Assembly: GCF_004010195.1 (NCBI RefSeq)
Contig: NW_025213809.1
Span: forward strand, 1 to 36,062
Direction of reading: 5' to 3'
DNA length: 36,062 nucleotides
DNA from: Chiloscyllium plagiosum
Taxonomy: Eukaryota
Of this stretch, positions 1-11,974 are shown one piece after another (the stretch's first letter is position 1; each line of letters starts with the position of its first letter). The notes under the pieces were generated by a model, which saw nothing but the letters and a program-made list of their open reading frames with translations, ran no database searches and had not been told where the DNA came from. Both the position numbers and the translations under genes were made by a program.

Positions 1-263
1 AGAGCCCTGGTTAGATGACACTTGGAATATTTTATTCAGTTCTGGACAGAAATAGCTTCTTTACACAGAGTAGTGGGCACAAGGAATGCACTGCCAGCAG
101 TGGTAGTAGAGTCATTTACATTAGGGACATTTAAGCGACTATTGGATAGGCACTTGGAAGATATGACAATGAAGGGTATGTCGGTGAATCTGATCTGAGA
201 GTAGGATAAAAGGTCAGCCCAACATCAAGGGCCAAAGGCCCTGGACTGTGCTGTGCTGTTGTA
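1..263 (+). mobile_element. CR1-clade LINE 3' fragment
   Basis: Decayed RT C-terminal motifs (RALVR.HLEY..QFW, FFTQ, LPAVVVE, GTFKRLLDRH) followed by a CR1-type 3' UTR. Confidence 0.8.
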
Positions 264-439
264 TGTGCGATGTTCTTTCGAAGTGTTAAAAGATGCAGTT
301 TGATCAGAAGAATGTTCATAAGCAACATAAATTAAAGTGTACAATTCTAACGAGATTCCAGGACCTTGTTGTATCAGTGCAGGTAGAGATGTCAGGAAGA
401 AAAGCTCACAGTTTCTGGGGTGATTAACAAGTCATCGAG

Positions 440-1335
440 CAAAAGATCAAAGAGATGATGTTGAACTTGGAGAAGTTGCTTATTTGACTTCGGCTGGAGT
501 ATTGCGTCTAGTTCTGGATGCCACATTGGCTCAGTAGCTCAGTGGTTTGCCTTGCTGCCTCAGAGTGCCAGGGACCCAGGTTCAAATCCAGCCTCGGGCA
601 ACTGTCTGCGTGGAGTTTGTACATATGTCCGTGTTTGTTAGATTTCCTCTGGGTACCCCAGTTTACTCCACAGTCCAAGGATATACTGGTTAAATCAATT
701 GGCCATGCTAAATTGCCCACAGTATCCAGAAATGTGTAGCTTAGGTGCATTGTTCAGGGAAAATATAGGGTAGGCGAATGGATCTGGTTGGGTTACTCTC
801 GGAGGGTCAGTATGTTTCCACACTGTCGGGATTATGTTTTTGCAAACACTTTATCTAAACATTGGAGAGAATGTAGAAAGGGTTTACAAGTGCTAGGTAT
901 GAGGATCTTCAGTTACAAGGATCGATTTGAAGAAGTTTGTACTTTTTCCTTGGAAAGGAGATTGCTGCGAGGAGATCTGAGAGAGGCTTTCAACATCCTG
1001 GAAGGGATAGAGTCGACAGGCATACTCTGCTCCCACTCATTAAAGGAACAAGCCAAAGAGGGTATAGACTGAAAGCGATCTGTAAAGGAAGTGGGGGTGA
1101 AATGATGAAAACCTTTTTCATGGGGCAAGCAGCTGAGGGTATGGAATGCATTGCCTGGAAATGTGGAGGAGATAGGTCCAAATGAGGCTTTCAAGAGGGA
1201 CATTGGATGGTGATTTGTGTGAAATAATGCTGAAAGGTATGAGGAAAATGAAGAATGCAGGTAATGATGGTCCTTTAACAAGTCAGTACAGACACAGTGG
1301 GCTGATTGGCCTCCTTCTGTCAGTAACGTTTCTCT
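440..1335 (+). mobile_element. Decayed CR1 RT/3' fragment interrupted by a SINE (second copy about 2695-3570)
   Basis: LEYCV*FWMPH before the SINE, FSLERRLLRGDLREAFNIL after it, then a CR1-type 3' UTR. Confidence 0.8.
528..836 (+). mobile_element. Old HE1-like tRNA-derived V-SINE
   Basis: A/B-box-like head (CAGTGG..GGTTCAAATCC) and V-domain-like TGGAGTTTG...GGCCATGCTAAATTGCCC; similar to the younger copies at 1781 and 7352. Confidence 0.8.
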
Positions 1336-1780
1336 GATTCTGTGAACAACTAGTAAAGAGAGGTTTATACAGGAACAAGAACGGGTTTAGCTCGACAGAG
1401 AGGAACCAAAGGCTGCTGGGAAAACCAGGAGCTGAGCAATTGGCTATTCTAAAAGAGGGAACAGTCAAGGTCCACTTCCTCAAAAGGTCAAGGGAGGACA
1501 AAAATCTTCCCAGGATAATGGAGACCACAGAAATTCAGGAAAAGGAGAGAGAGTCATTATAGCATGTGTCAACAGTAAATATTGCTGAGATTTTTCAGAA
1601 GGAAAGCCACAAAACAAATGAGAGAAACGACATGGGACTGTGAGGAAAAGACTGGCAGTTGACAAAAAAAAATTGCAGGTTTCCACTTGCACATCAATAT
1701 TAACAAAGGAAATGGGGGAGGACGGGCATTTCGAGATGGAAAAGGGGGTTTAAACCTGAAAGCATGAGGCCTGGTGAAGG

Positions 1781-2095
1781 TTTAGATTAGGTTACTTACA
1801 ATGTGGAAACCGGCCCTTCGGCGCAACAAGTCCACACCGACCCGCCGAAGCGCAACCCACCCATACCCCTACATTTACCCCTTACCTTACACTACAGGTA
1901 ATTTAGCATGGCCAATTCACCTGACCTGCACATCTTTGGACTGTGGGAGGAAACCGGAGCACCCGGAGGAAACCCACGCAGATACGGGGAGAATGTGCAA
2001 ACTCCACACAGTCAGTCGCCTGAGGTGGGTATTGAACCCGGGTTTCTGACACTGTGAGGCAGCAGTGCTAACCACTGTGCCACCGTGCCGCCCAC
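1781..2095 (-). mobile_element. Young HE1-like V-SINE
   Basis: Minus strand GGCGGCACGGTGGCACAGTGGTTAGCACTGCTGCCTCACAG head, B box GGTTCAATACC, TCTAA-type tail; AAGG at both flanks (1777-1780, 2096-2099). Confidence 0.9.
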
Positions 2096-2264
2096 AAGGC
2101 GTTAAATTAATATTCTGCCTCTGTCTTCACCTACAAGCCAGAGTCTTTGGTGGCAGGGAAAGAGAAGTGGTGGCAGAGTGATAAGCAGTGAGCCAGGAAG
2201 CTGGGTCTGAGTAGTCCGTGTCCATGATTGTCACCAACACCCAAAGAATCAGAGAGCTTGAGAG

Positions 2265-2517
2265 ACCGACCGCACAGAGACAGGCCCTTCGGCTCTAACT
2301 GGTTCATGCCGACCAAAATGTCCATTCACGCGAACCCCATTTCCCTGCACTTGGCCAAAATCCTTCTAACACTTTCCGATCCATGTATTTGTCCAAATGA
2401 CTTTTAAATGTTGTTAATGTACACCCCTCAACCAATTCCACTGGCAGCTCATTCCATATGTGTACCACCCTCTGTGAACAAATGCTGCCCCTCAGGTTCC
2501 CTGTTATTCTTTCCCCT
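2265..2517 (-). mobile_element. CR1 3' end, truncated at the duplication junction
   Basis: SQRVVHIWNELPVELVEGCTLTTFKSHLDKYMD in ORF 2304-2582, plus 3' UTR. Confidence 0.85.
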
Positions 2518-2780
2518 TGTGCGATGTTTTTTCGAAGTGTTAAAAGATGCAGTTTGATCAGAAGAATGTTAATAAGCAACATAAATTAAAGTGTACAATT
2601 CTAACGAGATTCCAGGACCTTGTTGTATCAGTGCAGGTAGAGATGTCAGTAAGAAACGTTCACAGTTTCTGGGGTTATTAACAAGTCGTCGAGCAGAAGA
2701 CCAAAGAGATGATGTTGAACTTGTAGAAGATGCTTATTTGACTTCGGCTGGAGTATTGCGTCTAGTTCTGGATGCCACAT

Positions 2781-3069
2781 TGGCTCAGTATCTCATAGTT
2801 TGCCTTGCTGCCTCAGAGTGCCAGGGAACCAGGTTCAAATCCAGCCTCGGGCAACTGTCTGCGTGGAGTTTGTACATTATGTCCGTGTTTGTTAGATTTC
2901 CTCTGGGTACCCCAGTTTACTCCACAGTCCAAATGAATTGGCCATGCTAAATTGCCCACATTATCCAGAAATGTGTAGCTTAGGTGCATTGTTCAGGGAA
3001 AATATAGGGTAGGCGAATGGAGTGGGTTACACTCGGAGGGTCAGTGTGTTTCCACACTGTCGGGATTAT
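2781..3069 (+). mobile_element. Old HE1-like SINE, duplicate of 528-836
   Basis: Same sequence as 528-836 with two small deletions. Confidence 0.8.
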
Positions 3070-4278
3070 GTTATTGCAAACAATTTATCGAAACATTGGA
3101 GAGAATGTAGAGAGGGTTTACAAGTGCTAGGTATGAGGATCTTCTGTTACAAGGATCGATTTGAAGAAGTTTGTACTTTTTCCTTGGAAAGGAGATGGCT
3201 GCGAGGAGATCTGAGAGAAGCTTTCAACATCCTGGAAGGGATAGAGTCGACAGGCATACTCTGCTCCCACTCATTAAAGGAACAAGCCAAAGAGGGTATT
3301 GACTTAAAGCGATCTGTAAAGGAAGTGGGGGTGAAATGATGAAAACCTTTTTCATGGGGAAAGCAGCTGAGGGTATGGAATGCATTGCCTGGAAATGTGA
3401 AGGAGATAGGTCCAAATGAGGCTTTCAAGAGGGACATTGGATGGTAATTTGTGTGAAATAATGCTGAAAGGTATGAGGAAAATGAAGAATGCAGGTGATG
3501 ATGGTACTTTAACAAGTCAGTACAGACACAGTGGGCTGATTGGCCTCCTTCTGTCAGTAACGTTTCTCTGATTCTGTGAACAACTAGTAAAGAGAGGTTT
3601 ATACTGGAACAAAAACGGGTTTAGCTCGACAGAGAGGAGCCAAAGGCCGCTGGGAAAACCAAGAGCTGAGCAATTGGCTATTCTAAAAGAGGGAACAGTC
3701 AAGGTCCACTTCCTCAAAAGGTCAAGGGAGGACAAAAATCTTCCCAGGATAATGGAGACCACAGAAATTCAGGAAAAGGAGAGAAAGAGTCATTATAGCA
3801 TGTGTCAACAGTAAATATTGCTGAGATTTTTCAGAAGGGAAGTCACAAAACAAATGAGAGAAACTATATGGGACTGTGAGGAAAAGACTGGCAGTTGACA
3901 AAAAAAAGAAATTGCAGGCTTCCACTTGCACATCAATATTAACAAAGGAAATGGGGGAGGACGGGCATTTCGAGATGGAAAAAGAGTTTAAACCTGAAAG
4001 CAAGAGGCCTGGTGAAGGTGGCAGGGAAAGAGAAGTGGTGGCAGAGTGTTAATCAGTGAGTCAGGAAGCTGGCTCTGAGTAGTCCATGTCCATGATTGTC
4101 ACCAACACTCAAAGAATCAGAGAGCCTGAGAGACGTCTTCACCTACAAGCCAGAGTCTTTGGTGGCAGGGAAAGAGAAGTGGTGGCAGAGTGTTAATCAG
4201 TGAGCCAGGAAGCTGGCTCTGAGTAGTCCATGTCCATGATTGTCACCAACACTCAAAGAATCAGAGAGCCTGAGAGAC

Positions 4279-4700
4279 CGACCGCACAGAGACAGGCCCT
4301 TCGGCCCTAACTTGTTCATGCCGACCAAAATGCCCATTCACGCGAACCCCATTTCCCTGCACTTGGCCCATATCCTTCTAACACTTTCCTATCCATGTAT
4401 TTGTCCAAATGACTTTTAAATGTTGTTAAGGTACACCCCTCAACCAATTCCACTGGCAGCTCATTCCATATGTGTACCACCCTCTGTGTAATAAATGTTG
4501 CCCCTCAGGTTCCCGGTTATTCTTTCCCCTTAAAATGATGCCCTCTCGTCCTCCATTCCCCAAACCTGGGAAAAAGACGGAGTGCATGCACCCTGTCCTT
4601 GCTCTCATGACTTTAGACACCTCTAGAAGGTCTGTTATCTTTCTCCTTCTTCCTCTACGACTGCCCTGAGTGAACACTGTCTCCTCAGCCTGATGTTGAT
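4279..4700 (-). mobile_element. CR1 3' fragment
   Basis: DLLEVSKVMR and QRVVHIWNELP motifs; continues past the point where unit 1 is truncated. Confidence 0.8.
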
Positions 4701-4999
4701 TGGCTGATACCTCTCACTCGATGAAAATTTCACTAATGGAATCTTCTTTTCAGGGCAGCTCTTGTCAGTAGCCATGCCTCTTTCTGATGGGAATATGATT
4801 GTGGTGGCCCCCTCTGGAAGAGGAGGATTGGGTCTGTCGCCAGGTCTCCAAGCAACAGACAAGACCCTGGACACCTTAACAACATTCCAGCCAATTTTCC
4901 TCCGACTGAATTGGGAAATCATTGGCCAATGAGGGAATCTTCAAAGATGGGAGGTAGCTGCAGTACGCTCACAGTTCACTTCTTTCAGATGTAATACAC

Positions 5000-6080
5000 T
5001 TTCAGTAAAGTAGCTATCTCCTTAACATTCCTACATTCTATCCACAAAGCCTCGTTTGAGGATCCTGCCGAGGTGTCATCTCTCCCTAATGCAAGAATTG
5101 ACTCCTTAATTAATAGTGCAAGACTATTGATGGCCTCTTCTGTCTCACAAAAAGATCCTGTAACCCTGGAACGTTTAGTTGCCAGTCCAGCCCTTCTCTC
5201 AATCTTGTTTCTGTGATGGTAACAATATCATGCTTCTGTGTGTCAATCAATGCCATTAACCCATCAGTCTTATCTGTTACATTCCGAGCATTAAAGACCG
5301 TTCATTCTTGCCTTTGTCTTTTGACACTCAATATGGCTGAACTCAGTGATTTGCTTCTGTTCCTGTCGCATGATGTGTCTCTGTTGCATCAATATTCTGT
5401 GGTCCCCTCCCTCTGTCAGACTAGTTTAAACTCCTCCCAACAGCACCAGCAAACCTCCCTGCCAGGATGTTGGTCCCAATGTGGTTCAGGTGCAGACTGT
5501 ACTGTTTGCCCATGTCACACCTCCCCAGAAACAACCCCAGTAATCCAGGAATCTAAAACCCTCCCTCTTGCACCAACTCTTGATCCTCACATCTTTCTAC
5601 CCTATTTTCCAGTTTCGAAACTTGCAAGAACGTGGCACTGGGAATAGTCCAAAGATAACAACTGTTGAGGTCCTGCTTTTAATCGACCACCCAGCTCCCT
5701 GAATTCTTGATACAAGGCCTCATTCCTCACTCTGGCCATACCATTGTACATGTTGCTACCAATGAACTTTAGCTCATCACCCTTCCCTTTCAGGATGTCC
5801 CGCAGCCATTCAGTGACATCCCTGACCCTGGCACCAGGGAGGCAACACAGCATCCTGGAGTAACGTCTTCGGCTGCAGAAACACCCGCCTGCTTTCCCAA
5901 CTAAAGAATCCCCGATCACTGTTGGTCTTCTTTCCTTCTTCCTCCCCATCTTGTGTAGTCAAGCTGCTCGTGGTGACAGACGGCTTGGATCTGACTGCAT
6001 TCATCTAAGGAGTCAGCATCCTCATTAGCTTCCAACATTGAATCCTGGTGAGTGAATGGGACACCAGGGGACTTCTGCAC
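5000..6080 (-). mobile_element. Decayed CR1 ORF1 (SGNH esterase domain) and adjoining remnants
   Basis: ORF 5602-5949 VIGDSLV...CCLPGARVRDVTEWLRDILKG matches the CR1 ORF1 esterase; outer boundaries approximate. Confidence 0.75.
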
Positions 6081-6362
6081 TCACAGAGGGTAGTGGATTA
6101 AATTCTGAGTAGATTGTCTGGTGTCTGCTGTTGCCTGGATGACATTCCGTTCACTGGATCCGCCAAAGAGGAACATTTGAAGAACGTTAAAGAAACCTTC
6201 AAAATGTTCTGGGACCACAGCCGACAAGTAAAAAGGGAGAAATGGGAGTTTTGAAAAGACTCCATAGAGTGTCTGTGCCATATAATCCATGGAAATACAC
6301 AAGGGACCCAAGAAGGTGGAAACTATCAGGAAGGCCCCAAGACAAGAATGTGCTCCAACTGA

Positions 6363-7329
6363 NNNNNNNNNNNNNNNNNNNNNNNNNNNNNNNNNNNNNN
6401 NNNNNNNNNNNNNNNNNNNNNNNNNNNNNNNNNNNNNNNNNNNNNNNNNNNNNNNNNNNNNNNNNNNNNNNNNNNNNNNNNNNNNNNNNNNNNNNNNNNN
6501 NNNNNNNNNNNNNNNNNNNNNNNNNNNNNNNNNNNNNNNNNNNNNNNNNNNNNNNNNNNNNNNNNNNNNNNNNNNNNNNNNNNNNNNNNNNNNNNNNNNN
6601 NNNNNNNNNNNNNNNNNNNNNNNNNNNNNNNNNNNNNNNNNNNNNNNNNNNNNNNNNNNNNNNNNNNNNNNNNNNNNNNNNNNNNNNNNNNNNNNNNNNN
6701 NNNNNNNNNNNNNNNNNNNNNNNNNNNNNNNNNNNNNNNNNNNNNNNNNNNNNNNNNNNNNNNNNNNNNNNNNNNNNNNNNNNNNNNNNNNNNNNNNNNN
6801 NNNNNNNNNNNNNNNNNNNNNNNNNNNNNNNNNNNNNNNNNNNNNNNNNNNNNNNNNNNNNNNNNNNNNNNNNNNNNNNNNNNNNNNNNNNNNNNNNNNN
6901 NNNNNNNNNNNNNNNNNNNNNNNNNNNNNNNNNNNNNNNNNNNNNNNNNNNNNNNNNNNNNNNNNNNNNNNNNNNNNNNNNNNNNNNNNNNNNNNNNNNN
7001 NNNNNNNNNNNNNNNNNNNNNNNNNNNNNNNNNNNNNNNNNNNNNNNNNNNNNNNNNNNNNNNNNNNNNNNNNNNNNNNNNNNNNNNNNNNNNNNNNNNN
7101 NNNNNNNNNNNNNNNNNNNNNNNNNNNNNNNNNNNNNNNNNNNNNNNNNNNNNNNNNNNNNNNNNNNNNNNNNNNNNNNNNNNNNNNNNNNNNNNNNNNN
7201 NNNNNNNNNNNNNNNNNNNNNNNNNNNNNNNNNNNNNNNNNNNNNNNNNNNNNNNNNNNNNNNNNNNNNNNNNNNNNNNNNNNNNNNNNNNNNNNNNNNN
7301 NNNNNNNNNNNNNNNNNNNNNNNNNNNNN
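6363..7329. other. Assembly gap
   Basis: Run of N. Confidence 1.
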
Positions 7330-7351
7330 GATGTTACTAGTGATCATGGAT

Positions 7352-7681
7352 TAGATTAGATTAGATTAGATTAGATTAGATTAGATTACAGTGTGGAAAC
7401 AGGCCCTCCGGCCCAACAAGTCCACACCGACCCGCCGAAGCGAAACCCACCCACACATCTATCCCTTACCTAACACTACGGGCAATTAGTATGGCCAATT
7501 CACCTGACCCTGCACATCTTTGGATGGTGGGAGGAAACCGGAGCACCCGGAGGAAACCCACGCAGACACGGGGAGAACGTGCAAACTCCACACAGTCAGT
7601 CGCCTGAGGCGGGAATTGAACCCGGGTCTCTGGCGCTGTGAGGCAGCAGTGCTAACCACTGTGCCACCGTGCCACCCACTA
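7352..7681 (-). mobile_element. Young HE1-like V-SINE with (TCTAA)n tail, inserted in the Gypsy integrase
   Basis: tRNA-like head, V domain, (TTAGA)n on the plus strand; TSD ATGGAT at 7346-7351 and 7682-7687. Confidence 0.92.
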
Positions 7682-8004
7682 ATGGATGTCCACTCCTAAT
7701 GGCCAGAGGGAGCAGGTTTGAAGTCAGTATCAAAATAAGCTAGGGTAGACCGATTGGATGAAATATTTGCCAGGTTCAGGAGCTCTAAATAAGTTGGGAG
7801 TGACAGTGGTCCGTAGTTTGTCCTGCAAGTGTTCGAGGAGAACCTGGAAATTCACGGAGTAAGACACGAGAGATGGGCTCCATGTCATCCTGTGACTAAC
7901 AGTCAGGAGGAGAGATTTGTATAAAGCATGAAACAAGCTTTACATCCCACACAGGGTGACGCGTCACTGTGAGGGTGGTTCACTCTGAGGACAAGGAGAC
8001 TGTC

Positions 8005-10941
8005 AAGGACACCAAGGGTCACGGCAAGAAATTGTGAGAATGGAGTTGAGAAACGTATCAGCCATGATTGAATGGCGGAACAGGCTCGATGGGCTCAATG
8101 GTGTAATGTCTGCTCCTGTGTCCCATGGTCTTTATTGAATGTATAACCCTTAGTTAATTGCTAAATTAGAATTAACTACAAGAAATAATTATTAAGAAAT
8201 AAGAAATAATATGTATATCCCTTAGTTAATTGCTAAATTAAGGAATAACTACAATTAGCTTAAAAGAAAGATCTCTCAATACTCCCACATTCCCCAACTC
8301 CCAGGTCAAGAGAAGGCATCTAAAACTGTCCTTCAGATAATTGCAAAAGTTTTCTGAATTCTCTAAGGTACCTTAAAGGTGCAGCAGGCATGTGCAGACT
8401 AGGAGCTGAAGTGGATCATTTGGCTCCCTCAGCCTTCTCAGTCATTCAATAAAATCAAAGCTGATCTAGTTGTGCTATGAATTTGATATTCCTATCTAAC
8501 GCCAACGCAACCAAGGGTTCCCCTACCTAACATGAATCTATCCATCTCTGCCTTCAACGTACCCAATGACCCTATCTCCACCACCTTCTCAGGCAGTGAT
8601 CCAAAGTCACACAACTGCCTGAGGGAAAAATATTCTCCTATCCCTGTCACTAAAGAGCGGCCATTCTTGTTGAAATTTCTGGTATGCTATCAATTTATTT
8701 TTTCTGTTATGAATACCACACGCACTCAGATACAGCACCTTTACTTTTGTTTTTTTTAATGTCAAAACATCTAAATTTAATTTCCTCTGTCTATCTCTCT
8801 GTCTCTTCCTCGAACCTTTGATTCACATATTATTTTCTTTCTCGCTTACTCTGGCTCTTTGACTTATCACATCTTTTCACAACTGATCTGTGTGAGAGAA
8901 ACCCCTGTGTGCCTCTCAAGTTTTGCAGTTTGTAAGATGGTTCTGGTGAAAGCTACCCCCCTTTCGGTATAGAGCGCCCAGGCCCTCCCACTTCTCCCTT
9001 TCCTGGTGCCAATGGCCCCAGAACGAGGATCGAGCTCTCCCACCCCATTCATAGGAATGAAACATCATCAAGAGAAGGCAACAATGTGGATGTAAGATCA
9101 AGAACGAGNNNNNNNNNNNNNNNNNNNNNNNNNNNNNNNNNNNNNNNNNNNNNNNNNNNNNNNNNNNNNNNNNNNNNNNNNNNNNNNNNNNNNNNNNNNN
9201 NNNNNNNNNNNNNNNNNNNNNNNNNNNNNNNNNNNNNNNNNNNNNNNNNNNNNNNNNNNNNNNNNNNNNNNNNNNNNNNNNNNNNNNNNNNNNNNNNNNN
9301 NNNNNNNNNNNNNNNNNNNNNNNNNNNNNNNNNNNNNNNNNNNNNNNNNNNNNNNNNNNNNNNNNNNNNNNNNNNNNNNNNNNNNNNNNNNNNNNNNNNN
9401 NNNNNNNNNNNNNNNNNNNNNNNNNNNNNNNNNNNNNNNNNNNNNNNNNNNNNNNNNNNNNNNNNNNNNNNNNNNNNNNNNNNNNNNNNNNNNNNNNNNN
9501 NNNNNNNNNNNNNNNNNNNNNNNNNNNNNNNNNNNNNNNNNNNNNNNNNNNNNNNNNNNNNNNNNNNNNNNNNNNNNNNNNNNNNNNNNNNNNNNNNNNN
9601 NNNNNNNNNNNNNNNNNNNNNNNNNNNNNNNNNNNNNNNNNNNNNNNNNNNNNNNNNNNNNNNNNNNNNNNNNNNNNNNNNNNNNNNNNNNNNNNNNNNN
9701 NNNNNNNNNNNNNNNNNNNNNNNNNNNNNNNNNNNNNNNNNNNNNNNNNNNNNNNNNNNNNNNNNNNNNNNNNNNNNNNNNNNNNNNNNNNNNNNNNNNN
9801 NNNNNNNNNNNNNNNNNNNNNNNNNNNNNNNNNNNNNNNNNNNNAAGGACACCAAGGGTCACGGCAAGAAATTGTGAGAATGGAGTTGAGAAACGTATCA
9901 GCCATGATTGAATGGCGGAACAGGCTCGATGGGCTGAATGGCGTAATGTCTGCTCCTGTGTCTCATGGTCTTTATTGAATGTATAACCCTTAGTTAATTG
10001 CTAAATTAGAATTAACTAGAAGAAATAACTATTAAGAAATAAGAAATTATATGTATATCCCTTAGGTAATTGCTAAATTAAGGAATAACTACAATTAGCT
10101 GAGAAGAAAGATCTCTCAATACTCCCACATTCCCCAACTCCCAGGTCAATAGAAGGCATCTAAAACTGTCCTTCAGATAATTGCAAAAGCTTTCTGAATT
10201 CTCGAAGGTACCTTAAAGGTGCAGCAGGAATGTGCAGACTAGGAGCTGAAGTGGATCATTTGGCTCCCTGAGCCTTCTCAGTCATTCAATAAAATCAAAG
10301 CTGATCTAGTTGTGCTGTGAACTTCATATTCCTATCTAACGCCAACGCAACCAAGGGTTCCCCTACCTAACATGAATCTATCCATCTCTGCCTTCAACGT
10401 ACCCAATGGCCCTATCTCCACCACCTTCTCAGGCAGTGATCTAAAGTCACACAACTGCCTGAGGTAAAAATATTCTCCTATCCCTGTCACTAAAGAGCAG
10501 CCATTCTTGTTGAAACGGTATGCTATCGATTTATTTTATCTGTTATGAATACCACACGCACTCAGATACAGCACTTTTACTTTTGTTTTTTTAATGTCAA
10601 AACATCTAAATTTAATTTCCTCTGTCTATCTCTGTCTCTTCCTCGAACCTTTGATTCACATATTATTTTCTTTCTCGCTTACTCTGGCTCTTTGACTTAT
10701 CACATCTTTTCACAACTGATCTGTGTGAGATAAACCCCTGTGTGCCTCTCAAGTTTTGCAGTTTGTCAGATGGTTCTGGTGAAAGCTACCCCGCTTTCGG
10801 TATAGAGCGCCCATGCCCTCCCACTTCTCCCTTTCCTCGTGCCAATGGCCCCAGAACTAGGATCGAGCTCTCCCACCCCAGTCAGAGGAATGAAACATCA
10901 TCAGGAGAAGGCAACAATGTGGATGTAAGATCAAGAACGAG
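8005..10941. repeat. Direct repeat of about 1.1 kb flanking a gap (8005-9108 and 9845-10941)
   Basis: Near-identical collinear copies containing CR1 3' tails; copy 1 ends at the gap start and copy 2 starts at the gap end. Confidence 0.95.
9109..9844. other. Assembly gap
   Basis: Run of N. Confidence 1.
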
Positions 10942-11164
10942 TCAATCATGTTCTTGTTAAATGGTGAAGTGAATTTGCGGAATGAATGGTCAATGTTCCA
11001 AATTGTTACTTAGTTCCTAATGCAGAAATATAACAGCCAACAGTGAAGTTTACAAACGACAGTTTTAGACCAGAGACAAAGGTTTGACATTGAGCTCGAA
11101 TCTTTATCAGTTTTACTAGGCACTGGAGGGTTTGACAGTCACAGACTGGTTCTGAACGTTGAGT

Positions 11165-11280
11165 CAGAAAACCACCCTCCACCACATTCCTGACGAAGAG
11201 CTTATGCCCGAAACGTCGTCTCTCCTGCTGCTCAGATACTGCCTGACCAGCTGTGCATTTCGAGCAACACACTTTTTAAA
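11165..11280 (+). mobile_element. Short PLE 3'-type element with a partly decayed minimal hammerhead ribozyme
   Basis: ATTC-CTGACGA-A-GAGC-TTAT-GCCC-GAAA-CGTC, then the body shared with the copies at 13767, 29858 and 31850. Confidence 0.75.
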
Positions 11281-11350
11281 TTTAGAATCGTACAGTCCTA
11301 CAACACAGAGACAGGCCCTTCAGCCCAAACTGGTCCATGCCAACCAAAAT

Positions 11351-11688
11351 GTTTGGGCCTCCTGACAGGCTGGGGTGTCTGAGTTTGGGCCTCCTGACAG
11401 GCCGGGGCATCCATGTTCGGGCCTCCTGACAGGCCGGAGTGTCCGTGTTTGGGCCTCCTGACAGGCCGGGGTATCCGTGTTTGGGCCTCCTGACAGGCCG
11501 GGGTGTCCGTGTTTGGGCCTCCTGACAGGCCGGGGTGTCCGTGTTCGGGCCTCCTGACAGGCCGGGGCGTCCGTGTTCGGGCCTCCTGATAGGCCGGGGT
11601 GTCCGTGTTCGGGCCTCCTGACAGGCCGGGGCGTCCGTGTTCGGGCCTCCTGATAGGTCGGGGTGTCCGTGTTCGGGCCTCCTGACAG
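11351..11688. repeat. GC-rich minisatellite, 32-bp unit, about 10.5 copies
   Basis: Head-to-tail GTTYGGGCCTCCTGACAGGCCGGGGTGTCCGT without spacers; abuts a CR1 3' tail (11282-11350, minus). Confidence 0.97.
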
Positions 11689-11974
11689 AATGATGTTCTC
11701 CAAGACATCGGTCTAATTCCCAACCCTTCAAACAGTAGCACTGGAAATTTCTGGCCCTGAGAATTAATAGATCACATACTCATTCAATGTCTCATCCAAA
11801 ACCCAAATCATCAACAATGCAGCTCTCCCACGGTGGATTGTGTCAAAAACCCCACAGCTTGGCCACTCCAATCCTCACCAAACCAAGTTTGCAGCCACTT
11901 GTTTCCATGACGATGACAACCTTCTTAGTAGCTGATCTCTGTGGCGGCGGCTGTATTCGTCAAACAAATAAATT

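Larger units (their letters stand above)
264..4531. repeat. Tandem duplication of about 2 kb (264-2517 and 2518-4531)
   Basis: Both units start TGTGCGATGTT.TTTCGAAGTG and end TTATTCTTTCCCCTT. They are collinear with scattered substitutions, and the ORF track shows paired near-identical ORFs. Confidence 0.95.
6090..7975 (+). mobile_element. Gypsy/Ty3 pol remnant (RT before the gap, integrase core after it)
   Basis: GVCCCLDDIPFTGSAKEEHLKN...KKVETIRKAP (RT). After removing the SINE: MLLVIMDVHS*WPE, LDEIFARF, HGVRHERWAPCHPVTNSQEERFV*SMKQAL (integrase). Confidence 0.8.

Noticed and set aside
5602..5949. Host GDSL/SGNH esterase gene
   Set aside because: Matches CR1 ORF1, is degenerate, and is embedded in CR1 remnants
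1781..7681. tRNA genes
   Set aside because: The A/B-box sequences are SINE heads followed by SINE bodies and tails
11351..11688. CRISPR-like array of 32-bp palindromic repeats, or a repetitive protein
   Set aside because: No spacers, no cas genes, vertebrate context; the ORFs are open only because the unit lacks minus-strand stops
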